The position numbers and the translations under genes are program-made. Below the pieces are notes generated by a model. That model was given only the letters and a program-made list of their open reading frames with translations. It made no database searches and was not told the DNA's origin. A DNA stretch of 63,174 nt, counting the filler, from Sphyrna mokarran (lineage: Eukaryota), in assembly GCA_024679065.1 (NCBI GenBank). It is 2 parts of 2 records of this genome, joined end to end, with 100 filler letters (N's around TTAATTAATTAA, not from the genome) between each part and the next. Parts side by side here need not be neighbours in the genome. Positions count along the whole stretch, not along the records: positions 1 to 31,165 come from JAGIQG010000421.1; 1 more part is not named here. One strand, 5' to 3'. Positions 1 to 13,959 of the stretch are shown one piece after another (the first letter of the stretch is position 1; each line of letters starts with the position of its first letter).

Positions 1-800
1 TACCTCCTTCTCTACTCCAACGCGGACAAATCTGTAGTGGTCCATTTTGGCAGGAATAATGGGATGAAGGAGTACAATATAAGGGGTAGAAGTATTAGCT
101 GTGTTGTAGAGCAGAAGGATCTCGGGGTCCGGGTCCATAGGATTCTTAAATCTGCATCGCAGGTGGAGGAAGTGGTCAAGAAGGCATGCGGTGTACTGGT
201 CTTCATTAATCGAGGAATAGAATTTAGGAGTCAGGAGGTAATGATGCAGCTCTATAAGACCCCTGTCAGGCCCCACTTGGAGTACTGTGCGCAGTTCTGG
301 TCGCCTCACTATAGGAAAGATGTGGAGCTATTGAGAGAATGCAGAGGAGATTTACAAGGATGCTGCCTGGATTGGGAGGCAGGCGTTATGAAGATAGGTT
401 GAGGGAGCTGGGACTCTTCTCACTGGAGAGACGTAGGTTGAGAGGCGACTTGATAGAGGTTTATAAAATGTTGAGAGGAATAGATAGGGTGGACTCTCAG
501 AGACTATTTCCCCGAGCTGAAATGGTTACTACGAGAGGACACAGATTTAAGGTGCAGGGAAGCAAATACAAAGGAGATGTCAGGGGTAGGTTTTTCACTC
601 TGAGGGTGGTGAGTGAATGGAACCGACTGCCGTCGGAGGTTGTTGAGGCAAACTCACTGGGGTCTTTTAAGAGACTTCTGGATGAGTATATGGAAAAGAA
701 TAGGATAGGGGGTTATAGATAGGTCTGGGGATTGGTAGATGTGATCGGCGCAACTCGTGGGCCGAAGGGCCTGTTTGTGCTGTATTGTTCTATGTTCTAC
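1..800 (+). mobile_element. CR1/HER1-type LINE 3' fragment (ORF2 RT C-terminus and 3' tail)
   Basis: ORFs 37..402 and 339..722 encode [16 protein letters not shown] and [11 protein letters not shown]...LFSLERRRLRGDLIEVYK; ends in the tail gggccgaagggcctgtttgtgctgtattgttctatgttcta. Confidence 0.93.
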
Positions 801-989
801 GATCACGTCTATTTCCTATGCTCCAGGATAGCTGAGGTTAGAGGGATTCGTGGGTATAATATGTAGGCATACGGGGGTAGGACCTGGGTGGGATTGTGTT
901 TGGTGCAGACTCGATGAAGCGAAGGGCCTCCTTCTGCCCTGTAGAGTTCTATGGTTCTATATTTCTATGGAAAAAGTCACAGTCGATCC

Positions 990-1880
990 AACCTCTCCTT
1001 GTAACTCAAACCATCAAGTCCCTGTGGGAGCACAGTGAACGCTTTCTGCAATCTTTCAAGTTTAGTGGTATTTTTTTCTGGATAGATTGACCAGATCTGT
1101 ATACAGTATTCCAAATGTGGCCTTAGCAATGTCTTATAGAAGTTCAGAAAGACGTCGTAACTCCTGTATTAAATGTTCTGACCTACTCTGTCCACTATAA
1201 CTACATTTCCAAGAATCTATGAACTTGTACACCTATAACTCACCCCAATATCCTACCATTAACTCAATAATTCCTGCCTTAATTCAATCTTCCAAGATGC
1301 ATCGCTACACATTTATCTAAATTAAACTTCGTTTCCCATTTGGCAGCCCACTGGCCCAATTATTCAAGATTCTTTTGCAATCCGAGGTAACCTTTACTGT
1401 CCATTATGCCACCATTCTTGGCGTCATCTGAAAACTTGCTAATGATATCTTAATATTCTCATCCAAGTCGTTAATATAAATGGCAAATAACAGCTGACCC
1501 AGTACTTGATCCCTGAGACACACTGTTGGTCATAGGCTTCCAGTTTGAGAAAAACAAAAATCCCTCTACAACCAATCTCTGGCTTCTGTCTTCAAACCAA
1601 TTTTGTATCCCTTTGGCTACCTCACCCTGCATCCTGTGAGATTTAACCTCACGCAAATATCTACTGTGCGATACCTTGTCAAAGGTCTCGCTAAACTCCA
1701 AGTAGACAACATCAACTGCACTGCCCTCATCTACTTTCTTTGTTGTACTTTCAAAAGTAAACTCAATCAAATTTGTGAGGCATGTTTTTTTCTTTTCTCA
1801 CTTAACCCTACTGCATTTCCCTAATCAGTCCCTACCTCTCTATATGGTGATAGATATTTCTCAGAACACCTTCCAACAAT
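990..1880 (-). mobile_element. Degenerate CR1 LINE ORF2 fragment
   Basis: ORF 1471..1770 (-) KVDEGSAVDVVYLEFSETFDKVSH...SVSQGS matches the CR1 RT region. Confidence 0.85.
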
Positions 1881-2999
1881 TTATGATCAGATTTCATTTG
1901 ATTCGATTTATTGTTGTCGCATGTACTGAAATACAGTAAAAAATATTTCTTCTTACGTATTTCATAACAACATAAAAAATAAGAGCAGGAGTAGGCCATC
2001 TAATCCTTCGACCCTGCCCCGCCATTCAATAAGATCATGGATGATCTGAAGTGAATCAGTTCCACTTTCCCGCTTGCTCCACATAACGCTTAATTCCCTT
2101 ATCGATCAGAAAAGGTGCAGTGGATGAAGAGAAACAGGCTCGTGAGTATGTTTAAATTTACAAAGGTATTTGATAATGCACCATCGCAAAGATAACTGAT
2201 TAAAAAAAGTACAAAACAGCATGTGGGACCAGAGGAGATAGGGTAGCATTTTGTAAAAGATTGAAGATTGGAAAGCTAACAGTTGAATTCACACCAGCAT
2301 ATAATAATCATTTCCTGTTTTGATCAAGTTCAGATTAATTTTATTAACTTCAATGAAGACAGAAAATATATTGTTGTTAAATATGTTGTTGATGCAAGGA
2401 TTAGTAAGGACATAAGCTGCAAAAAGGAATTTTGGAGAATCTAAAGTGATACAGATACTGGGAAACAACCTGGTAAATAGACTGCAAAGTGGAAAATTAT
2501 TGTCCATGTCGTTAGGAAGAGAAATAAGTAAAGAATTTATCCAGATCATGGATATTTCAGATCTTGACGTGCAGATGGATGCATTAAAACAGGTTTGCAG
2601 GTTCCAGCAAGGGATTATGAAAAGGAATAGGATGTTTTCATTTATTATGAGGGGAACTGAACACGATGGTTGCCGTTGAGTGTGAGTGGACGTTTGTGGA
2701 TGGAGTTGTAAGGAATTGAGGCTGTTTCATCCTCGGTGGTGCCGAGCCCTTGATGGTTTTGGGGTATTCCATCTCCTGACTTGTCCCTTGTTTGGAGGTT
2801 TCTCTGCTGTTAACCGCTGCAAGATACGCCGCTTCTGAAATGCTCTTGTGGCCATAATTCTGTTTCTGGTCGATGGCAAGTACACTATGTTAATAATAAG
2901 GGACTCAGGGAGGGTGATCTCATTGAATGTGAAAGGCCGATGTTAAGTTTCTCCCTTTAAAAGACGGCCATTTCCAATTTCCCTGTCGAATCATCAGAG

Positions 3000-3157
3000 A
3001 AACACTGCTGCCTCACAATGCCAGGGAGCAGGGTTTGATTCCCGGCTTGGGTCACTGTCTATACAGAATAGGGATAGATTGGCTGTGTTAAATTTTCCTC
3101 AATGCATCCTGACAAGTGCAGGAGTGTGGCGACTCGAGGGTGTTCACAATAGCTTCA
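3000..3157 (+). mobile_element. Internally deleted HE1-type SINE
   Basis: cactgctgcctcaca...gggtttgattcccggcttgggtcactgtct head and gagtgtggcgact...cacaatagcttcattg tail, shared with other copies in the window. Confidence 0.7.
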
Positions 3158-3216
3158 TTGCTCCCTCCAACCTTGGAAGAAATAGACACGGATTGGGCCA
3201 CTCTCTCTTGTTTAGC
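3158..3216 (+). pseudogene. Short duplicate fragment of the Ig light-chain constant exon (LLPPTLEEIDTDWATLSCLA)
   Basis: Near-identical to 4725-4779 (LPPFLEEIETDWATISCLV); no splice acceptor; bounded by a SINE and a (CT)n tract. Confidence 0.85.
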
Positions 3217-3221
<5 letters not shown>

Positions 3222-3276
<55 letters not shown>

Positions 3277-3292
3277 CTCTGTCTGTCTCTCT
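3222..3292. repeat. (CT)n microsatellite
   Basis: Directly visible. Confidence 0.95.
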
Positions 3293-4692
3293 TTCACTCA
3301 TAGACCCACTGATGTAAGTATTGCTTATTTATTGGCCCTTTCATTCTCCAGCAGAGAACAAATTTCAATTGAGGGTGACTTGCATCAGAAAAATAATGCA
3401 GCCAAAAATGTGGCACTGGTCAGCCTTCGAAATGAAACTCCCCAGTCAGAATAAATTAACAGCTGAACAGGATGATGTTGTTTATCAAATGATAAGAGAT
3501 TAAGTGAAGACTTCCAAAATCATATTAAGTTTGAATGAAGTAAACAAAGACAAATCCATTACATTGTCTGGTGGATAGGTTCCCATAGATAGACAGATTG
3601 AAGACAGCCGATTAAAGAACTGGACTTGGCACGAGAGATTTCAATTTTACAAAATGAGTTGTTGTGATCTGGAAGCCGCTGTCTTAAGGCGAGTGGAAGC
3701 AGATCCAAACAGCAACTTTCGAAAGTGGCAATTGGAGAAAAAGTTGTAGGCGAGCATATGGAGTCAGCCAGTGATTGAGTTATTTCAAACAGCCAGTACA
3801 AACTCCAAAGCTGAATGGCCTCTTTCCGTGCTCCAACAATCCCTCAATTAATATTTGGGCAACACGTTCAGGACGCTGCAAAATAACTGCATGATTAATG
3901 AAATATACTATAAATGCAATCAATCTTAACATGAAGCATTGTTTTTGGCTGTGAAATGTAATAACAATACAGTGGAATTTTTAAGTTAAATAAATTAACG
4001 TATTTAAAATGGAACTTGTTGTGAGCACCTTTGGCAACAAATCTGATTTCTACTCGGCGTGTTCTGTCGAGAAACTCTNNNNNNNNNNNNNNNNNNNNNN
4101 NNNNNNNNNNNNNNNNNNNNNNNNNNNNNNNNNNNNNNNNNNNNNNNNNNNNNNNNNNNNNNNNNNNNNNNNNNNNNNNNNNNNNNNNNNNNNNNNNNNN
4201 NNNNNNNNNNNNNNNNNNNNNNNNNNNNNNNNNNNNNNNNNNNNNNNNNNNGTACAATGTATCTGTATCTCCTCTCACCCTCTCTCTTTTAGGCAGAGAC
4301 CATATACTAAAAAAAAATGCTCTCTCTTTCACATACTCACCTGTTTTATTATATTATGAAATGCTCTATCTGTCACAGGCAAAGATGCATCTGGAGATTA
4401 AGGTATGTTTTTCATTAATTAATTCTTTCTATTTCTCTCCATCTCGCACACACTTATTTCAATGCACCGATTACATGTTTCTATATATTCAAAGATCTCT
4501 GTAACTCTCACCCATCTCATACTCTGTCAAACACGTAGAAGCACAAACACATACATACACACACACACACATACACACACATATAGAAACACACATACGC
4601 ACACACACACACATAAAAACACACATACGCACACACGAGTCAGAGTGTTCTATATAATAATGATTTTCTCTCATTCATTCTTGCCCACACCG

Positions 4693-5016
4693 GTAGTGAG
4701 GACGGAAGTCCATCAGTTCTACAGCTCCCTCCATTCTTGGAAGAAATAGAAACGGATTGGGCCACTATCTCTTGTTTGGTGAGTAACTTTAAGCCGGGAT
4801 CCGTGCAAGTCTTCTGGAGTGTGGATGGTAAAGAGACATGGAGTGACGTGACGACAAGCCCTGTCCCGGGAGAACGATCATACCTACAGGCTGAGAAGTC
4901 ACCTAAGAGTCCCTGCCACTGACTGGAAGGATTCCACATTTTCCTGCAGTGTCAGCCACGGCTCTCTGAGCTCACCATTTCTGGAAACTGTCAACTCCGG
5001 CGATTATTCAAACTAG
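4693..5016 (+). pseudogene. Ig light-chain constant (C1-set) exon, cartilaginous-fish sigma-cart/type I-like, pseudogene
   Basis: Reads GSEDGSPSVLQLPPFLEEIETDWATISCLVSNFKPGSVQVFWSVDGKETWSDVTTSPV, then a frameshift near 4866, then RENDHTYRLRSHLRVPATDWKDSTFSCSVSHGSLSSPFLETVNSGDYSN*. Acceptor is CG rather than AG (4691-4692) and the expected C-terminal Cys is Tyr. AATAAA near 5291. Isotype call is from recalled similarity to horn shark type I CL. Confidence 0.85.
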
Positions 5017-7349
5017 AAAGTTGTAAACCAGAAATATACGTCGATTTATTGATAATGTGTCATTTCCTGACACATATTGCTCAAAACGTATTTTTTCCCA
5101 TGCAAAGTCTGCACCAATCTTATTATTTGGCGAACAATCCGAATTTGAATAAAATCTGAAGCGAGAGAAAGAATTGTTCCACTTCGTGACTCTGAATTTT
5201 CTGTTCCTTGTCCCCAGTGTGCGTAAAATCTCGCTGCGTGTAGAATGCATTCTCTTTAGATGTTTTATTTGTGAATTTGTGTAATATATTAATAAACACC
5301 AAATGCCACTAGTAGTTTACATTATTCAATAAATAAACGACACTAAAAACATCATTGAAAGGGAAGAATTTGCAAAGCTGTCAGTATTGCATAGAATGAC
5401 ATAAAATGAGAGCACACAAAAATGATTATCTAGAATTACATGCGGCTATACTATTCATCTTCATCACTCCTGTGATGGCGACTGTCTCTAGGCAATGCTA
5501 TTTCTCATGAATTTCACGTTACATTCATTTATTTTAACAATGTTTTGGAATCCACCTCCCCCGATTAGCGAAATATGTTCACTCTCCTCACCGCCAAATC
5601 TTTAAAATACCTATCATTATATCCCCGATTTCTCCCCACTACAGGATATGTAGTCCTGCCACATAATTTAAACCTGGAATCCTGGATGCATTTAACCTAA
5701 ACCACTTCAAACAAATGTCTTCTAAGATGCGAGTTCCAGGAATATACAAACATCTTCAGATCATGGAGAGTGGAAAAGAGTGAACAGGTATCACAATTGA
5801 ATCATGAATTGCAACTGTGTACAAGAGGCCCTTTAGCCCATCGGGTCTGCACCGACGCATGACATGCTCTGATCTGTCCATCTAATCCCACTTGCCAGTT
5901 TTTTGGCCCACAGCCTTGAAAGTTATGACATGCCCAGTACTCATACAGGTAGTTTTTGAAGGATGTGAGGCATCCTGGATAATCAGGCAATAGTAGTTAG
6001 GAAGATTTCTTGTTCGGGCAAATGGAATGGTAATGTCACCAATCAGAGTTAAGCGGAGGAGAACAGAAGACGTGTTATATGCACCCGATAATTGTTTTGG
6101 TTTTAAACTTAAAATCTACCAATAGTCTGCCCTACGTGTATCAAACTTAAAATATTGAAATCGAAATTTAACTGTGAGTACATTTGGTGTTATTCTCAAA
6201 ACAATGGACCTAATTGATTCCTATAAACAATTGCGTAATGTATGCTGATTTGTCCCTCGAAGAGTTAATCAGCTCTTATTAAAGTGAAGAATGAGGGTAA
6301 TCTTGAGAACAACATATATCTTGTTGTTTCGTTTAAAAAATAACTCCACATTCCACCGAAACAGCTTCAGGCAATTCTGATGCCTTAGAGAAGCATGTCA
6401 TGGAATTCCTGTAATGCAAAAGGCCCTTTGGTTCACAGAGTCTACACTGTATTAAAAAATATATATTTCAACCAGGCCATACCCCTGTAATCCTGTGTTT
6501 TTTTTTTTAACCACACTAATCTGGTTAACCTACACAAATTGTTGGATTGTCATGTCATGTTGGATGCGTGTGATGAACATGCAACTCAGAAGCTCGTGAT
6601 ATACAAAGTAAATTGATGCAACTGGAAGTATAGACTTCTGTGAGTAATGTTGACCACGATGTCTTGCTATTGTTTCGTAAAAAGAAAACAAAAACAGTCT
6701 GTCACAATGAAATAATCCATCTGTTTTTGGTCGATACGTGACTCGCGATCCACAACCCGGCACTCTTAGTCTGAAACTGGTGTTACGAGACTTCTTACTG
6801 TCATCTCCCATCTCTGAAATGACGATACATATTTTCAGGGTAATTAAGGAGGGGCTTCAAATTAAACTTACAAACCCTGCTAGCCTTATCACCCCTCATG
6901 AAACAACCAAAATACTTGTGTAGAAAACTGGGCAACGAGACCAAAATTTAAAACGACATTCCGCGGGCCCCATTTGAACATCTCCCCATTTTCCTCTCTC
7001 AGCAGTTACGAATATGCGCAATACGTGCATTAAGGAGTGCTGTAAAATGTTTTTTTCGGTATTGTACTTCTCCCTGACCTTGTCTTTTCCAGCTTCTTCG
7101 ATCAGGAAAAAGATATAAAAATCTGGAGTCATGAATTTTTGATGCGCTTATCTTATATTAAGCTAATCTTTCTCTACATTTTAGCTGTGATTCTATCACG
7201 ACATTTTGTCCTCTTCTTCTCCACTATTTACTCTATGAATGTTATGTTAAATGCGCAAGAAACAATATTTTTTTACTGGATCTAAATCAATGTGACAATA
7301 ACAAATCAAATCAAATCAAATTAAAAGTTCATTCTTCAAGAATAAACAA

Positions 7350-7940
7350 TCAAAGAATAGTACAACAAAGGAACAGACACCAAGGCCTCCAAGCTGGTGC
7401 CAGTCATAATGCTTAACTAAAGTTAAAGATGACCCTTCTGCCATTACTGGTCTGTAACCTTCAATTCCCTCCCTATCCACGTACCCGTCCAGTGCCTCTT
7501 CAATTTTGCAAATGCGCCTGCTTCCACTACCTACTCTGGCAGCACGTTCCAAGCACTTAATACTCTCTGCGTGCAAAACCTCCCCCGCACATCTCCCATA
7601 AACGTAGCCCTCTCAGTTTGAACCTCTGCCCCGCTGTAATCGACACTTCCACTGTGGAAAAGCGCCTCGGAGTATCCAAGCTGTCTATGCCTCTTAGAAT
7701 TTGGCATATGTTGATCAGGTCTTCGATCAACCGCCTCTTTTCAATGAAAACAATCCGAGTTCATTCAATCTCTACCTCATATCCAATGCTCTTGAGACCA
7801 GGCAACATCCTGCGGAAACTTCTTTCCGCTCTCTCCACATTTCTCTAGTAGCGTGGCGACTAGAATTGTACGCAGTCCTCCAAATGCGGCCTCAAGCAGG
7901 TTTTATATGGATGAAACATGATTCATCAACACTTGTATAC
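7350..7940 (-). mobile_element. Old CR1 LINE 3' fragment
   Basis: Decayed CR1 3' motifs (ccaggcaacatcctg, gcacgttcca, aacaaaggaacag tail). Confidence 0.7.
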
Positions 7941-8491
7941 TTGAGAGGCAATATGCCCAGGCAGATAGAATCTGTTGTTTATCAAAACTTGGAGGTAACT
8001 GGGCCTTTTAAAACACCAATCGTCAACGTGGGGGATTTTCTCGGCGGTTTATGAATTCTGAAAATCTAGCCGTCGGTTCAATCATGCATTGCAGGAAACT
8101 TAAATACAATTTTGCCAGGCCGTAAAAAAAAAGCATGTTGACTGAATTTAAGGAAGAAAGACCGAGTTGGGTATCGGTTGATGGGAAGGGCGGAATGCTC
8201 CAGTTGTAGAGGTTGGTGGCCGCTTTATAACAAGAAACATTTGAAACTTCTCTATCACAGGACTATTTTCAGAGCCACCGCACAACTTCTGTTGCTGAGC
8301 AAGGCCAAGTGGCTGTTTACAGAATAAGTTACAAAATTGTCCCGTCACTCCTCACGTCACGCCCAGGACATTAGTTGCCGATTTCACAATGTCTTGATAG
8401 TTGAATATTTAGCTGCAGTTCTCAGTCAGCGTAACATCCAGAAGAACATTGCTTCACAATGTTTGCTTATTGCCCGAAACCCATTCTCCAG

Positions 8492-8522
8492 ATGGCAGCC
8501 GCCTCGAACCTGCTGCTAATCG
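8492..8522 (+). CDS. Putative leader exon 1 (MAAASNLLLI, phase 1) of the C2-type IgSF gene; in-frame upstream ATG at 8459
   Basis: ATGGCAGCCGCCTCGAACCTGCTGCTAATCG|GTAAGT has a consensus donor, lies in unique sequence and joins 24427-24471 to give a hydrophobic signal peptide; CRE-like TCACGTCA at 8352-8359. Confidence 0.5.
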
Positions 8523-10509
8523 GTAAGTCTGCATTCATTAAGACATTTGGGTATCTATCTATGTGATAGAAACGCTTTTATTCACTTTTTCTTTGGAAAT
8601 CCAAAACACGGAAGTTCAGCGTTTTTTTTTAATTAACTCTGCTCGCTCAAAATTTTTCGAAGTTTTAACATTTCATCCGAACCCTATTTCCAATGTTATT
8701 TTTTCAGCCCTAACCCTATTCTCCTCTGTTAGCCAATATTTCTTAAAGTTCGGTAGCAAGTCTGAATCCGCAATTCTACGTTTGATTGGAAATCGATCAG
8801 TTATATTGAAATACCCTCTTCATCTCTCTAACCGCCGTCAGATGCTACCATTCCACCCCCACCCCACCCCCGGCCCCTCCCCGTAGCTGAAGCCCTGCAT
8901 GGAAGTTTACCTTCCTTCCTGATCTCTGTAACACTCTATGGACCCCGTTATTCTCATTTCCATGTTCAAGTCTCTGTTCAAATCCCGTCCACAAGGACAG
9001 AGAGACATCCAATAAATTGAAGAAATTTAGACTCCTTAAGCCTGATGGCCTTTCAACACAATCATGTCTGATCTATACCAGTCTTAATCCATTTTCTGTG
9101 CTGTTTTCTCATTGGCTACAATGTTTATCCTACTATCCAAGTCGTACTATGTTACTTCACCCCTTTATTGAGTTATTTTTTATTTCTCTCACAAGTAGGC
9201 TTACATTAACACTTCAATGAAGCTACTGTGAAATTCCCATAATCGCTAAAATATGGAGCCTGTTAGAATACACTGCAAAAAAAAAATGAGTGTGGCCCGT
9301 TAGGTGCATTGTCATGATAAATTATCCCACAGTGTTCCCAAAGAGGTGCCAGAGTATGCCGACGAGAGGATTTTCACAGTGACTTCATTGCTCTGCTAAT
9401 GCAAGTCTACTTGTGGCAGTAATAAATACAATTTGAATTTAAACAATACACTTAAATAGAACATTTTTCAGACGGTGAGAGAAACTGTAGCACCGGAGGA
9501 AATCCACGCAGACAATGGGAAAATGCATAGAATCGCACAGGCAGTAAACAGAGCCGAGAATCAAACCCAGGTCGATGGCACTGTGAGGCAGACTAAAATG
9601 TGGCCATTATTTCCATAACGTAAATTGTTGTGATTTGATTTATTACTATAAAATGTGTTAGTATACGGTGAAATGCATTGCTTCTTGCATACTTCACAGA
9701 AAAAGAATACCATACATAGAGAAGGAAAGTAGAGGGCTCACAACGTCGTGTTATCCTCATAGATGCGAGTTAGAATTAAGTTTTCGAAGAATAGAACAAG
9801 AGGAAAAAATAGCATTGGGGGAGATGATGGAATTCAGAACCTTAAAGTTATACATCTCCACGCCTTCATTAATATCTCTTTTAGTGCCCATTTCTTAAAC
9901 CCGTTTTCAGCTGATTTTATGTTCCGCACCATCTCCACATAGCTAATTCTCTGAAAAGGAACTTGTCCTTTCAAATTTTCCTCCAAATGTATCTTTACCA
10001 GTATACCTTTTCTCTTCTGTCTGTAACAATATGCCTTTTGCATGGTCAACACTCTCTTTTGTAGTACGTTCAACAATACGAATAACCAATTGTCTATTAA
10101 TATGGCATCCCAAAAATATCCTTGCTCTTTCACTTGAATTGTTACTCTGTGATTGACAACAGAATTTCAGAACAAATAACAGGCGCAAGATAATGAAGCA
10201 TATTGGACAATTGTTGCGAAAGAGTGGAAGTTGTGTTGAAATTTCGGCATTGTAATATTCTGCAGATTTGTGCTTGGTGAAAGAACAACAGTAAAGTACA
10301 TCATGATCTCTGTGGTTGTTGAGAATTTGTAAGTTTTGTTGTTTGTCCTTCACACCAGAAACAAGATATACGAACAGAAGGAGCTAATCAACAAGTTTCT
10401 GAATCAGCGAGCAGTGACCTCCAATATATTTTCCTTTCTAACTCTTATAGCTCTTGATTCCATTTAGGTCAGGAAGCCATTTAGCTCTGAGTTGAATGTA
10501 TATATGGCC

Positions 10510-10775
10510 ATTGGTTAGCACTGCTGCCTTTAATGTTGCCAGGGACCTGGGTTCGATTCCCAGCTTGGGTCGATGTTATGTAAAGTTTGAACGTATTCCA
10601 TATGTCTGCATGGATTTCCTCCAGGGGCTCCAGTTTCCTCCCACGCTTCAAAAGTGTGCTGTTTAGGTCGAATGCTCCCTCGGTGTACTGGAACAGGCGC
10701 CAAAGTGTGGCGATTAGGTAATTTTAACAGTAGTTTTAGTGAAATGTTAATGTAAGCCGGTGTTTGTCAATAAAT
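10510..10775 (+). mobile_element. HE1-type tRNA-derived SINE
   Basis: tggttagcactgctgcc (A box), gggttcgattcc (B box), central ctccagtttcctcccac core, aataaa tail. Confidence 0.8.
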
Positions 10776-12049
10776 AAACTTATTTTAACAATGACCCAAA
10801 CTCACATGACATTTTTATTTGTTCTATAGACATCTATTACTTTAGTGACTGAACGATTGTCATAGTATCTTAATATAAGCCAATTTGTGACACTAATAAA
10901 TGCAGTTTAAAATGTAAACATTTAAATGTGCATTTGTGATGCCAAGAGATATAAGACTATGGACAATGTACAGGAAAATATGATCACCATTGTTGCCTGG
11001 TTTGTTGTTGATTGGCACAACATCGATGGGCCGAAGGACAGTTTCTGTGAGGAAGGCCTGTATGACTTTATGAAGCTCTGTGCATGAGAATTCCAAAGTT
11101 TTTTTTTTACATTTGTGAAAGCAAATCTCAACTGATCCATGTATAAAATAGGACATCCCTTTATTTTCCATCTCTGCCACCTCGATCTGGATTCTCCCGC
11201 AAGTACAAGCATCTTCCCCTCGTTTAACTTGTCAAGCATTGTTTCTGCATGTTTCAAATACGCTCTCATGACTTTTCTTCTCAACTACAATCTGCAGCTG
11301 CCAAACGTGCTCAGCATCCCTCTTAAAAAAAGATCCCTTTCTTGCCAAGCGCGTATCTTCCAAAGAACTTCAAATGTAAGGCGATTCCGCATCGAATATG
11401 GATAAAAGAACAGTATTCTAGCTGTGTCCTCACTAGTGCCCTGTATCATTGCAACAAGTTTTCTTTACATGTACTTACCATCCCTATAAGTTACAAGTTT
11501 GTCTTCCAAATTACTTGTCTTCCTTGCATCCTACCATGTTGTGGTCCATGTTACACACCGAATTCATTGTGAACCGCAGCATTGTTCACTCCAGCCCCCA
11601 AAGTTCGAAATCCACTCCTCCAAACTCTCATTTTCTATTTGCCCTTTTTCTGTCATATTCCTGAAGATGAACTGAGAACCACACCTTCACAGAATACCAC
11701 ACTACAGAATACGTCCTTTGGCCCATCGAACTTCAGCAATGCATGAATGTCTTGACATGCTCACCTAACCCCAATTGCGGGTCTTGGCCCATAGATCGGA
11801 ATGTTGTCGTGTGCCAAACAGTCATCCAGGCATTTTGTAAAGGGTGTTAGACAACCCACCTCCACCACTCTCCCAAGCAATGCTTTCCAGAAAGCCACCG
11901 CTCTCAAGCTAAGAAAAGTCATTTTTTTTCCCGCTGGAATTTTGCTAAATCTCCCACACCTCATATTTAAACTGATCCTCTCGTAACTGATCCTTCAACT
12001 AACATAAATAACTGCTCCCTACCCACTCTGTACATGCCCCTCATAATGC

Positions 12050-13880
12050 ATAGATCATAGAGTATTACAGTGCCGTACAGGGCATTCGGCTCTCAATGTT
12101 GTGCTGAGCTTTATCTGAAACCATGATCAAGTATCCCACTCCCTATCATTCTCGTGTGCTCCATGTGTCTATCTAATAACCGCCTGAAAGTTCCTAAACT
12201 GTCCGATGATACTATCAGAGCAGGCAGTCCATTCCACACCCCAACAACTCTCTGAGTAAAGAATTTACCGCGGACATCCCTTCTATATCTCCCACCATGA
12301 ACCTTATAGTTATGCCTCCACGTAACAACTACATCCATCCGAGGAAATAGTCTCTGAACATCCACTCTATCTATCCCCCTCATCATCTTATAAATCTCGA
12401 TTAAGTCGCGTCTTATCCTCCTCTGCTCCAAACAGAAAAGCCTCAGCTTCCTCAACCTTTCCTGATAAGACCTACCCTCCAAACCAGGCAGCATCCTGAT
12501 AAATCTCCTCTGCACTGCCTCCAATGCTTTCACATTTCTCTTATTGTGAGGTGACCAGATCTGCACACAATATTCCAAATGTGGTCTCACCAATGTCCAG
12601 TATAGTTGCAGCATAACTCCACGGTTCTTATACTCAAACCCGCTGTTAATGAACACTAACACAGTATAAACCTTCTTCGATACTCTATCCACTTGTGCAG
12701 CAACATTCAGAGATCTGTGGATATGAACCCAAGATCTCTCTGTTGCTCCACATTTCTCAGAACGTTACCGTTGGTCCTGTAATCTGCATTCAAATTTGGA
12801 CCACCAAATTGAATCACCTGACACTTATCAGGTTAAACTCCATCTGCCACTTTTCGGCCCAGCTCTGCATCCTATCAATGTCTCTTTGCAGCCTACAATA
12901 ACCCTCCACCTCATCCACTACTCCAAAAATCTTGGTGTCATTAGTAAATTTACTGACCCACTTTCAGCCCCTCCACCAGGTCATTGATAAAAATTACAAA
13001 TAACAGAGGACACAGCATTATCCCTGTGGTATACCGCTAATAACTGGTCTCCAGTCTGAAAATTTTCCATCCACCACCATCCTCTGTCTTCTATGAGATA
13101 GCCAGTTACTTATCCAATGGGCCGAATTTTCCTCTATCCCACACCACCTTACTTTCTTCATGAACCTACTATGGGGAATGTTACCAGGGTCATTCCTATT
13201 TCCTTTCTTGAACAGAGGAACAACATTTGCCACACCCCAGTCCTCTGGCACAATCCCTACGTACAGTGAGGGCCCAAAAATCAAAGCCAAAATGCCTACA
13301 GTCTCATCCCTTGCCTCCCAAAGAATCCTATGATATATCCCATCAGGCCCAAGGGACTTATCGACCCCCAGTTTTTTTTTAATTACTAATACTTCTTCCC
13401 TTAGAACATCAACATCCTCCAGCCTATCACTTGCATCAGACTCCCATCCTCAAAAACATGGCCCAACTCCTTGCTTAAAACGAATGTATTGCCTTCCCTA
13501 TCTCTTGTGACTCTATGTGTAAGTTTCCTCGACTATCCTTGGCCGGCCTAATGCACCTTGGTCATTCTTTTATTCCTCACAATACCATAAAAAAGCCTCA
13601 GGGTTTTTTTTATACTTTTGCCAAGAACTTATCGTGTCCCCTCCTAACTGTCCTAAGCCCTTTTCTAGTTCATTCCTTCCTACCTTGCGACTCTCAAGTG
13701 ATCCAATTGAACCTTGATTTCTCATTCTTACATACGCTTCCTTTATTCTTCTCGACAAGATATTCAAGCTCTTTTGTGAACTATGGTCCCTCACTTGGCC
13801 ATTTTCTCCCTACTTGAAAGGAACATACCTATTACGGACATGCCGTAGTTGTTCCTTGAATAAGCTCCAGTTTTTGTTTG
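12050..13880 (-). mobile_element. CR1 LINE fragment (ORF2 with deletions)
   Basis: ORFs 12111..12692, 13018..13290 and 13570..13794 carry CR1 motifs ([30 protein letters not shown]). Confidence 0.92.
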
Positions 13881-13959
13881 TCCAAATCTTGAACACCTTA
13901 CTCAGATTGCCACACAGCCTTCTCTACTCCACAGGTAACACCTCAAACGGTTAAAGCTT

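Noticed and set aside
3895-4504. ORFs spanning the N run at 4079-4251
   Set aside because: Open only because of ambiguous bases.
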